DNA from: Alphaproteobacteria bacterium
Lineage (GTDB): Bacteria; Pseudomonadota; Alphaproteobacteria; Rickettsiales; UBA3002
DNA: 43,686 bases
Assembly (NCBI GenBank): GCA_030427685.1
Contig: JAUIBB010000002.1
Span: forward strand, 1-43,686
Reading direction: 5' to 3'
Each line of letters begins with the position of its first letter. The first letter of the stretch is position 1. Under the pieces are notes generated by a model. The model worked only from the letters and a program-made list of their open reading frames with translations. It searched no databases and was not told the DNA's origin. Made by a program: the position numbers and the translations under genes. Positions 11,541 to 18,933 of this stretch are shown piece after piece.

Positions 11541-11569
11541 CCAGGTTTCGAGACCCACTCACTGACTTG

Positions 11570-11601
11570 GGGCCGGTTCGCCGGCCCTTTTTTTATTTTT
11601 T
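11570..11601 (+). terminator. Rho-independent terminator (hairpin shared by the convergent mscL 3' end)
   Basis: The stem is gggccgg (11570-11576), the loop is ttcg, and the second arm is ccggccc (11581-11587), followed by T7-A-T6. The mscL stop codon (11593-11595) lies inside the T-tract. Confidence 0.75.
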
Positions 11602-12030
11602 CAGCGCATCGCGGATTTCACGCAGGAGTTGGATATCCTCTGGCGTTGCGGCAGGGGCGGCCGCTTCTTCGGCAGCAGCGGCGGCGTCTTTTTTGACCAT
11701 GGTTTCTTTCAGCCGGTTGATTTGCTTGACCATCAGGAACACGACAAACGCGACGATCAGGAACTTGATCACCGCATTGATGAACAGGCCGTACATAATG
11801 AGTGGCGCGCCAGCTGCTTTGGCCGCGTCGAGTGACTCATAGTTGCCCATTGAGAGGTCTACGTAATAGTTCGAGAAGTCGATGCCGCCCAGCAGCATCC
11901 CGATAACGGGGTTGATGATGTCGCTCACCATCGAGGTGACAATAGCAGTGAAAGCTGCGCCGACGACGATACCAACGGCCATGTCGATCACATTGCCGCG
12001 TGCGATGAAGGTTTTAAATTCGTTGAACAT
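11593..12030 (-). CDS. mscL: Large-conductance mechanosensitive channel
   Basis: 145 aa. [44 protein letters not shown] is a canonical MscL N-terminus with TM1. Confidence 0.93.
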   Translation of the reverse strand: MFNEFKTFIARGNVIDMAVGIVVGAAFTAIVTSMVSDIINPVIGMLLGGIDFSNYYVDLSMGNYESLDAAKAAGAPLIMYGLFINAVIKFLIVAFVVFLMVKQINRLKETMVKKDAAAAAEEAAAPAATPEDIQLLREIRDALKK

Positions 12031-12048
12031 GGGGAGGTTCCTCTGACG

Positions 12049-12465
12049 TTAGTTGGATGGGGTTATGGCAGCGAGCCGCCGCTGTTTCGATGGAAAAAAT
12101 CCGTGCAGGCCCAGATACCACTCCGTGGCAACGACGGCGCCTTTGCAGGGTTGCAGCAGGCCAACGGCAACGACCAGCGTCACCGGCAGCCAGATGGCCG
12201 CATGCACCCAGTAGCTGGGGCTATAGACGACTTCTACCCAGACCACGCCGGGGACAAGGATATGGCCGAGGATGACCACAATCAGGTAAGCGGGCAGGTC
12301 ATCAGCACGGTGGTGGTTTAGCTCTTCGCCGCAGTGATTGCAGGTCTCGGCGACTTTGAGGAAGCTCCCAAACAGCTTGCCCTCGCCACAGTTCGGGCAG
12401 CGTCCACGCGCCCCGCGCAGCATGGCCGCGAATTTAGAGGTGGCAGGCTGTGCAGCGCCGGACAT
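12049..12465 (-). CDS. DUF983 domain-containing membrane protein
   Basis: A zinc-ribbon-like CPNCGEGKLFGSFLKVAETCNHCGEEL is followed by ADDLPAYLIVVILGH and TM segments, which is the typical DUF983 layout. Confidence 0.8.
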   Translation of the reverse strand: MSGAAQPATSKFAAMLRGARGRCPNCGEGKLFGSFLKVAETCNHCGEELNHHRADDLPAYLIVVILGHILVPGVVWVEVVYSPSYWVHAAIWLPVTLVVAVGLLQPCKGAVVATEWYLGLHGFFPSKQRRLAAITPSN

Positions 12466-12488
12466 AGCAGGTTCCCTTCACAGGAAAA

Positions 12489-12562
12489 TGGAGCGGGTGA
12501 AGGGAATCGAACCCTCGCCTAAAGCTTGGGAAGCTTTCGTTCTACCATTGAACTACACCCGC
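12489..12562 (-). tRNA. tRNA-Gly (anticodon CCC), CCA encoded
   Basis: The reverse complement is GCGGGTGTAGTTCAATGGTAGAACGAAAGCTTCCCAAGCTTTAGGCGAGGGTTCGATTCCCTTCACCCGCTCCA. It folds into a 7-bp acceptor stem, a D arm GTTC/GAAC, an anticodon stem AAAGC/GCTTT with loop TTCCCAA, and a T arm GAGGG-TTCGATT-CCCTT. Confidence 0.93.
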
Positions 12563-12624
12563 GGCTGGCGGCACTCTTAGCATAAATGCTTGCCTGTGCA
12601 AGTGAAGCCTGCTCCTATGGCGGC

Positions 12625-12915
12625 ATGAATCTTTATCTGTACCTTCTGGGCGTCAACGCCTTCACGTATTTCCTGTATTGGCAGGATAAGCGCGCGGCGC
12701 GTAGTGGCGGTTGGCGAGTGGCGGAGGCGACCCTGCTGCTGGCCGGGTTTGCAGGTGGTACGCTGGCGGCGTTTGCTGCACAGCAGATACTGCGGCATAA
12801 AACCCGGAAGACGCGCTTTAAGCTGGCATTCTGGGCGGTGACGGCGGTGCAGTGCTATTTACTGTATAGCATGCCACGCTGGCTGCAATGGGTGCTTTGG
12901 CGCCTTGCCGCCTAG
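12625..12915 (+). CDS. DUF1294 domain-containing membrane protein
   Basis: The ATG at 12625 gives MNLYLYLLGV. YFLYWQDKRAARSGGWRVAEATLLLAGFAGGTLAAFAAQQILRHKTRKTRF is the characteristic DUF1294 core. Confidence 0.8.
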   Translation: MNLYLYLLGVNAFTYFLYWQDKRAARSGGWRVAEATLLLAGFAGGTLAAFAAQQILRHKTRKTRFKLAFWAVTAVQCYLLYSMPRWLQWVLWRLAA

Positions 12916-13034
12916 GCTGCCTCACGAAAAAATAAATATTTTTCTTGCTATTCGAGAGGTGCCGCACAAATCCGCCACAGCGCGCGGGTGAATCTTTCGG
13001 CTGTGATGGGTTCGGGTGTTATCCGCTTCTAATT

Positions 13035-13071
13035 CCCTAAAATTCTGGTAGTGTATCTGGACATTTTAGGG
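13035..13071. promoter_or_regulatory. 9-bp perfect inverted repeat overlapping the fadA Shine-Dalgarno region (operator or RBS-occluding hairpin)
   Basis: The arms are ccctaaaat (13035-13043) and attttaggg (13063-13071), separated by 19 nt (tctggtagtgtatctggac, which itself contains tctgg twice). The 3' arm runs into the aGGGAG SD 9 nt before the fadA ATG at 13082. Confidence 0.35.
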
Positions 13072-13081
13072 AGCTTTATTC

Positions 13082-14206
13082 ATGACTTCTGCGGTTATCG
13101 TCGGTTATCTGCGTTCTCCTTTCACTCAGGCACATAAAGGTGCGCTCGCCAGTGTGCGGCCGGATGACCTTGTGACGGAGGTTATTAAGGCACTGGTTGC
13201 CCAAACCAAGATCAATACAGACGATGTCGAGGATTTGATTCTTGGCTGTGCGTTCCCGGAAGGGGAGCAGGGGCTGAACATGGGTCGGCTGGTTGCGTTG
13301 GCGGCAGGGTTGCCGGTGACGGTCGCGGGGCAGACGGTGAATCGCTGGTGCGGTTCAAGCATGGAGTCGATCCATATCGCGGCGGGCAATATCGCTGCGG
13401 GCAAGGGCGATCTGTTTATTGCGGCGGGTGTGGAATCCATGAGCCGCGTGCCGATGGCGGGGTTCAACCCGCTGCCGAATCCGCTGCTCTATAAGAATAT
13501 GCCGTCGGCGTACCTGTCGATGGGGCTGACCGCCGAGAACGTGGCTAAGCAATTCAAGATCGAGCGCAAGGCGCAGGAAGAATTCGCACTGGCCTCGCAC
13601 CGCAAGGCGGCTGCGGCGGATATGTCGGGGGAGATCGTGCCGATCACGACCCGTGCAGGTGTGGTCGATAAGGACGGGACGATTCGCGCCAATTCGACGG
13701 CGGAGGATCTGGCGAAGCTCGACCCCGCATTTGATGCCAAAGGCACGGTGACGGCCGCGACGTCTTCGCCACTGACCGATGGCGCGGCAGCGGTGATCGT
13801 GGCGTCGGAAGACTACGCCAAAAAACATAAGCTGCCGATCCTCGCGCGCATCAAGTCGATGGCGGTGGTGGGGCTGGACCCGGCGGTGATGGGGCTTGGG
13901 CCGATCACAGCATCGCAAAAGGCGCTGAAGCGTGCAGGGCTGACGATGAAGGATATCGACGTGATCGAGCTTAACGAGGCATTCGCGGCGCAGTCGTTGC
14001 CATGCATCAGCGAGCTGGGCTGTCCGATCGAGAAAGTAAACCTTGAAGGAGGCGCGATTGCGCTGGGCCATCCGCTTGGTGCCTCTGGCGCGCGGATTAC
14101 CGGCAAGGCAGCGCTGCTGCTGTCGCGCGGTAAGGGTAAATACGCGCTGGCGACTGCCTGTATCGGCGAGGGGCAGGGGATTGCGACGATTCTGGAGAAA
14201 GTCTAG
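13082..14206 (+). CDS. fadA: Acetyl-CoA C-acyltransferase (3-ketoacyl-CoA thiolase)
   Basis: The thiolase active-site contexts are NRWCGSSMESI (Cys), GGAIALGHPLGASGARI (His) and ATACIGEGQGIA (Cys). Confidence 0.9.
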   Translation: MTSAVIVGYLRSPFTQAHKGALASVRPDDLVTEVIKALVAQTKINTDDVEDLILGCAFPEGEQGLNMGRLVALAAGLPVTVAGQTVNRWCGSSMESIHIAAGNIAAGKGDLFIAAGVESMSRVPMAGFNPLPNPLLYKNMPSAYLSMGLTAENVAKQFKIERKAQEEFALASHRKAAAADMSGEIVPITTRAGVVDKDGTIRANSTAEDLAKLDPAFDAKGTVTAATSSPLTDGAAAVIVASEDYAKKHKLPILARIKSMAVVGLDPAVMGLGPITASQKALKRAGLTMKDIDVIELNEAFAAQSLPCISELGCPIEKVNLEGGAIALGHPLGASGARITGKAALLLSRGKGKYALATACIGEGQGIATILEKV

Positions 14207-14503
14207 ATGCGGCAGGTTCTAATCCTCATCGCGGCGTTGGTGCCGATGGTGGGCCATGCGTCGATGCATCCGGACCCCTTGGCGGAATGGACGTATTGCG
14301 CTCAGGATAAGGATTGTGTGGTAGTTAAGGGAATGTGCGGCCCGGCAGCGGTGCATGCTGGGTATGAAGCGGCGGCTGAGGCATTTTTTAGCGAGCGCGC
14401 CGAGGGCATAAAATGCGTAAAAAAATTCTGGGAGCCAAAGGCTGAAGGCGCTGCGGCACATTGTCGAGTTCAGCGCTGTGAAATTGTGGGGAAAGCAAAA
14501 TGA
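14207..14503 (+). CDS. Small Cys-rich secreted protein of unknown function embedded in the beta-oxidation operon
   Basis: The ATG directly follows the fadA TAG, and the TGA overlaps the next ATG (ATGA at 14500-14503). GGAG lies 9 nt upstream. The signal peptide is MRQVLILIAALVPMVGHA, and the mature part has six Cys. Confidence 0.55.
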   Translation: MRQVLILIAALVPMVGHASMHPDPLAEWTYCAQDKDCVVVKGMCGPAAVHAGYEAAAEAFFSERAEGIKCVKKFWEPKAEGAAAHCRVQRCEIVGKAK

Positions 14504-16893
14504 CTATGGAGATTAAACGGGCGGCGGTTTTAGGTTCGGGTGTGATGGGTTCTGGCATTGCAGCGGTGCTTGCCAATGCGGGGATTCCGGTGTTGCTACT
14601 CGACATCGTGCCGAAGGAAGGGCCGCGCAATGCGTATGCCGAGGGCGCGATCGAAAAGCAGCTCAAAGGTGGTGCGCCGGGTTTTGCGCATAAAAAATAC
14701 GCCAAGCTGGTAACGCCGGGGAATCTCGAGGACGACCTCGACAAGCTCGGCGAGTGCGACTGGATTGTGGAAGTCGTGCTGGAGAAGCTGGAAGTAAAGC
14801 AGGACGTGTACGCGAAAATCGAGAAGGTGCGCAAGAAGGGCTCCATCGTGTCGAGCAACACCTCGACGCTGCCGCTGCATGTGCTGATTAATGGCATGCC
14901 GAAATCGTTCCAGGACGATTTTATGATTACCCATTTTTTCAACCCGCCGCGCTTCATGAAGCTGCTGGAAGTGGTGCCGTCGCCGAGCTTTGATCAAACG
15001 CGGTTTGGATCGTTCTGTGAATTCGCAGATCGCGTGCTCGGCAAAGGCGTGGTGCCGGCGAAGGATACGCCGGGCTTCCTCGCCAACCGCATTGGCGTGT
15101 ATTGGATGACCGCAGGGCTGGTCGAGGCGATGCGCCTTGGCATTTCCGTCGAGGAAGCGGATGCGATTATGGGCAAGCCGCTGGGCCTGCCGAAGACGGG
15201 CATGTTCGGGCTGTACGATTTGATCGGGATTGATCTGATGCCGTTGATCGCGAAAGCGATGATGGCGACGCTGCCGGAGAAGGACGCGTTCCGCACGCTG
15301 TTCGACCTGCCGGAACTGGTGCAGAAAATGATCGCCGACGGCTATACCGGACGCAAAGGCAAGGGCGGGTTCTACCGCATGGTCAAAAGTGCGGATGGCA
15401 AAAAAACGAAAGAGGTCATCAACCTCAAAACGGGTGACTACGCGCCGGAGAAAAAACCGCGACTGGAGAGCCTGAGCGCCGCACGTGGTGGCCCTGCCGC
15501 GCTGTTCAGCCACCCGGACATCGGCGGCCAGTATGCCGCAGCGGTGATGCTCAAAACGCTGCATTATGCCGCATCGCTCATCCCGGAAATCTCGGACGAT
15601 ATCTACGCCGTCGATGCCGCGATGCAGATGGGCTATAACTGGAAATACGGTCCTTTCCAAATGATCGATCGTGCGGCGCATGGGGGCGTGAGTGGGACGG
15701 AGATTATTGCGGCTGCGTGGGAAAAAATGGGGATGTCCGTGCCTGCGGTGATTGCCGAGGCGCGCGGTAAAAAACTCTACGATGTGCAGGATGGCGCGCG
15801 CCAGCAATTTGCCATTGGTGGGAACTATATTTCGGTTCCCGTTCCCAACGGGTCGCTGATGCTGGAGGATTTAAAAATCCGTGGCGCGAAGCCGGTGAAG
15901 AAAAACGCTTCGGCGCAAGTCTGGGATCTGGGCGATGGCATTGCGTGCCTTGAGCTCACCAGCAAACAAAATACCTGGGACCCTGAGAACCTGAAAATGG
16001 TCGCGCAGCTACCGGATATTGTGAAGGCCGGTTTCCGTGGCGTGGTGATCGGCACCGATGGCGATCATTTCAGCTTCGGCGCGAATATCGGTTACTTCAT
16101 GCTGGCCTGTAACACGGCCAGCTGGTGGGCGATTTCCGACATGATCAAGCAAGGCCAGAATGCCTTTATGGGCCTTAAATACGCACCGTTCCCGGTGGTG
16201 GCGTCGCTTTCCGGCATGGCGCTTGGCGGTGGCTGCGAATTGCTGCTGCATTCCGATGCGGTGCAGGCGCATATCGAATCCTACCCCGGCCTCGTCGAGG
16301 CGGGGATTGGCGTGATTCCGGGTTGGGGTGGCTGTAAGGAACTGCTGTTCCGCCACATCATCGCGGCAGAGGCATCGCAAAAAGCCATTATGCAAGGCAA
16401 GCGGCCAGATCCGTTCGTGGCCGGTGGGCCGATGCCGGCGATCAGCAAACCGTTTGAATATATCTCGACGGCGAAAGTCGGCGGCTCGGCACCGCAAGCG
16501 CGGGATATGATGATCCTGAATGCAAAATCGCGCATCACCATGAACCGTCGCCGCGTGCTGGCGGATGCGAAGGAACTCGCGCTCGAACTCGCACAGAATT
16601 ATGCGCCGCCGGAGCAGCGCACTGTCCGTCTGCCGGGTGCATCCGGCTATGCTGCACTGAAAATGGCCGTCGATGGCTTCCGCAGCAACGGCAAGGCCAC
16701 GCCGCACGATGAAGTGGTGTCGCTGCATCTCGCTCACGTGCTGACAGGGGGCGATACCGACATGACCGTGGAGATGACCGAGCAGCAGGTGCTCGACCTC
16801 GAACACGATATGTTCATGGAGCTGGTGCATACCAAAGCCACGCGCGACCGCATCGCGCATATGTTGAATACGTCGAAACCGTTGAGGAACTAA
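14500..16893 (+). CDS. Fused 3-hydroxyacyl-CoA dehydrogenase (N-terminal) / enoyl-CoA hydratase (C-terminal), FadN-type domain order
   Basis: 797 aa. The Rossmann motif AAVLGSGVMGSGIAAV lies at residues 8-23, and a C-terminal crotonase-fold segment reads ASLSGMALGGGCELLLHSDA. The domain order is reversed relative to E. coli FadB, as in Bacillus FadN. Confidence 0.88.
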   Translation: MTMEIKRAAVLGSGVMGSGIAAVLANAGIPVLLLDIVPKEGPRNAYAEGAIEKQLKGGAPGFAHKKYAKLVTPGNLEDDLDKLGECDWIVEVVLEKLEVKQDVYAKIEKVRKKGSIVSSNTSTLPLHVLINGMPKSFQDDFMITHFFNPPRFMKLLEVVPSPSFDQTRFGSFCEFADRVLGKGVVPAKDTPGFLANRIGVYWMTAGLVEAMRLGISVEEADAIMGKPLGLPKTGMFGLYDLIGIDLMPLIAKAMMATLPEKDAFRTLFDLPELVQKMIADGYTGRKGKGGFYRMVKSADGKKTKEVINLKTGDYAPEKKPRLESLSAARGGPAALFSHPDIGGQYAAAVMLKTLHYAASLIPEISDDIYAVDAAMQMGYNWKYGPFQMIDRAAHGGVSGTEIIAAAWEKMGMSVPAVIAEARGKKLYDVQDGARQQFAIGGNYISVPVPNGSLMLEDLKIRGAKPVKKNASAQVWDLGDGIACLELTSKQNTWDPENLKMVAQLPDIVKAGFRGVVIGTDGDHFSFGANIGYFMLACNTASWWAISDMIKQGQNAFMGLKYAPFPVVASLSGMALGGGCELLLHSDAVQAHIESYPGLVEAGIGVIPGWGGCKELLFRHIIAAEASQKAIMQGKRPDPFVAGGPMPAISKPFEYISTAKVGGSAPQARDMMILNAKSRITMNRRRVLADAKELALELAQNYAPPEQRTVRLPGASGYAALKMAVDGFRSNGKATPHDEVVSLHLAHVLTGGDTDMTVEMTEQQVLDLEHDMFMELVHTKATRDRIAHMLNTSKPLRN

Positions 16894-16894
16894 C

Positions 16895-18667
16895 ATGCCA
16901 ACCTATTCCGCACCGCTGAAAGACTATCAATTCCTCATCAACCATTTCCTTGAACTCGACCAGTATATGGAGGTCGAGGGCTTTGCTGCGGCGAAGGATC
17001 TCGTTGAGCCACTGCTTTCCGAATCTGCCAAGCTGTGTGAAGAGGTGCTGTTTCCGCTCAACACGGTGGGCGATAAGCAGGGGCTGAAATTTAAAGACGG
17101 CACGGTGACGACGCCGGATGGGTTCAAGGAGGCGTACAAAGCCTATGTCGAGGGCGGGTGGCCGACGCTGACCTGGCCGGAGGAATTCGGTGGGCAGGGG
17201 ATGCCGGAGTTTCTGAACATGCCGATGCTGGAGATGGTGTGCTCAAGCAACCTCTCGTTCGGGCTGACGCCGGGGCTGACGCATGGGGCGATCCACGCGC
17301 TGCTGCTTCATGCATCGGATGAACTGAAAAAGATTTACCTGCCGAAGATGATTTCCGGCGAATGGTCGGGCGTGATGTGCCTGACGGAGCCAGTAGCGGG
17401 GACGGATCTCGGCCTGCTGAAAACCCGAGCGGAGCCGAATGCGGATGGCAGCTATACGATTACGGGCAATAAGATTTTCATTTCTGCGGGTGAGCAGGAC
17501 CAGACCGAGAACATCATCCATCTCGTCCTCGCGCGCCTGCCGGGCGCGCCGAAGGGGAGCAAGGGGATTTCGCTGTTCGTGGTACCGAAGGTGATGGTGA
17601 ATGCGGATGGCTCGCTGGGCGAGCGCAATGCGTTCTCCTGCGCGGGGCTGGAGCACAAGATGGGCATCCATGCCTCGCCGACCTGTGTGATGAACTATGA
17701 TGGTGCAACGGGCTGGCTGGTCGGCCAACCGCATCGCGGGTTACCGGCGATGTTTACGATGATGAATACGGCGCGGCTTTATGTCGGCGTACAAGGGCTC
17801 GGTGTGGGCGAGGCGGCGTATCAGAACGCGCTGGCTTACGCGAAGGAGCGCTTGCAGGGCCGGGCGCTGACGGGGGCCAAGTTCCCCGAAAAAGCGGCAG
17901 ACCCGATCACCGTGCATCCCGATGTACGGCGGATGCTGCACACGATGAAATGTTTTACCGAAGGCGCGCGGGCACTGGCGCTATGGACGGCGCGCGAGGT
18001 GGACCTTGCGCACCGGCACCCAGACGAGGCGCGGCGTCAGGAGGCGGATGATTTCGTGCAGCTGATTACGCCGATCCTGAAATCGACGCTGACCGATGGC
18101 GGGTTTGAAACCGCCAGCACCGCGATGCAGTGCTTCGGCGGCTATGGCTATATCGAGGAATACGGTGCAAGCCAGTACCTGCGCGATGCGCGCATTGCGA
18201 TGATCTACGAAGGCACCAACGGCGTGCAGGCGATGGACCTCGTAGGTCGTAAACTGCCGATGGATACAGGGCGGTATTTGAGCCGCTTCTTCCACCCGGT
18301 CGATGCGTTTATCGCCGAGAACCGCGACAACCCGGCAATGGCGGAATTCACCAAAGGCCTCAAGGTGCATACCAAGTACCTGCAGCAGGCGACGATGTGG
18401 ATCGGCACGATGGGCTTTGCTAATCCGAATCATGCAGGCGCAGGCGCGGTGGAGTACCAGAAGATGTTCTCGATCGTCGTATTTGCCTATATCTGGGCAA
18501 AACAAGCGAAGCTCGCGATGGAGCATATGGATGAGGATAAAGAATTCTATTCCGCCAAACTGGCTACCGCGCGTTTTTACTTCACGAAAATCCTGCCGGG
18601 GACGATCTCGTTACTGGCTTCGATTACCGCCGGGGCCGACCCGGTGATGGCCGATGCTGGATTTTAG
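16895..18667 (+). CDS. Long-type acyl-CoA dehydrogenase (with C-terminal extension domain)
   Basis: 590 aa. Motifs include CLTEPVAGTDLGLLKTRAEP, GISLFVVPK and IYEGTNGVQAMDLVGRKL. It starts 1 nt after the preceding stop. Confidence 0.88.
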   Translation: MPTYSAPLKDYQFLINHFLELDQYMEVEGFAAAKDLVEPLLSESAKLCEEVLFPLNTVGDKQGLKFKDGTVTTPDGFKEAYKAYVEGGWPTLTWPEEFGGQGMPEFLNMPMLEMVCSSNLSFGLTPGLTHGAIHALLLHASDELKKIYLPKMISGEWSGVMCLTEPVAGTDLGLLKTRAEPNADGSYTITGNKIFISAGEQDQTENIIHLVLARLPGAPKGSKGISLFVVPKVMVNADGSLGERNAFSCAGLEHKMGIHASPTCVMNYDGATGWLVGQPHRGLPAMFTMMNTARLYVGVQGLGVGEAAYQNALAYAKERLQGRALTGAKFPEKAADPITVHPDVRRMLHTMKCFTEGARALALWTAREVDLAHRHPDEARRQEADDFVQLITPILKSTLTDGGFETASTAMQCFGGYGYIEEYGASQYLRDARIAMIYEGTNGVQAMDLVGRKLPMDTGRYLSRFFHPVDAFIAENRDNPAMAEFTKGLKVHTKYLQQATMWIGTMGFANPNHAGAGAVEYQKMFSIVVFAYIWAKQAKLAMEHMDEDKEFYSAKLATARFYFTKILPGTISLLASITAGADPVMADAGF

Positions 18668-18720
18668 TCGCATTTAACCTATTCATCTTTATTGAAATTT
18701 TCTCTCCCTCTGGAGTGGGA

Positions 18721-18735
18721 GTGTGATTGTCACAC
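18721..18735. promoter_or_regulatory. Perfect 15-bp palindrome in the AT-rich region upstream of the His-rich ORF (candidate operator)
   Basis: gtgtga-ttg-tcacac at 18721-18735, about 200 nt upstream of the ATG at 18934. It has TGTGA/TCACA half-sites, but with a 3-nt spacer rather than the 6-nt CRP/FNR spacing. Confidence 0.3.
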
Positions 18736-18933
18736 AATCTTCACATTCCTTCTTATGCCCTTTGCTATAGTAGAGGGTGAGGGACTGTGAGCGCGCGGTT
18801 TCAGCGCGCTTCCCCTCCAAACCACGGTACCTGCACTTGCTAAAAATTAACGAATTTTTTACTAATGTGCGGTATAAATGATTAAAGAGGCGTATTATGG
18901 CCAGCGGTATAAACAATTGTGTGAGGGGGGAAT

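Noticed and set aside
11504-11842. A 112-aa plus-strand ORF continuing past the small proline-rich gene. Its peptide RFRDPLTDLGPVRRP loosely recalled BA14K-like C-termini, suggesting a frameshift.
   Set aside because: That stretch is the GC hairpin and T-tract of a strong terminator, and the rest is antisense to mscL. The resemblance lacks the conserved Cys residues and is coincidental.
12489-12562. tRNA-Gly considered as an integration hotspot flanking a genomic island.
   Set aside because: There is no integrase, no repeated copy of the tRNA 3' end, and the flanking genes (DUF983, mscL, DUF1294) have normal composition.
18689-18916. A 75-aa minus-strand ORF in the spacer upstream of the His-rich gene.
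   Set aside because: It lies in AT-rich non-coding-looking DNA and spans the palindrome and hairpins. It has no SD, and its translation (MFIPLAIIRLFNHLYRTLVKNSLIFSKCRY...) has no protein-like features.
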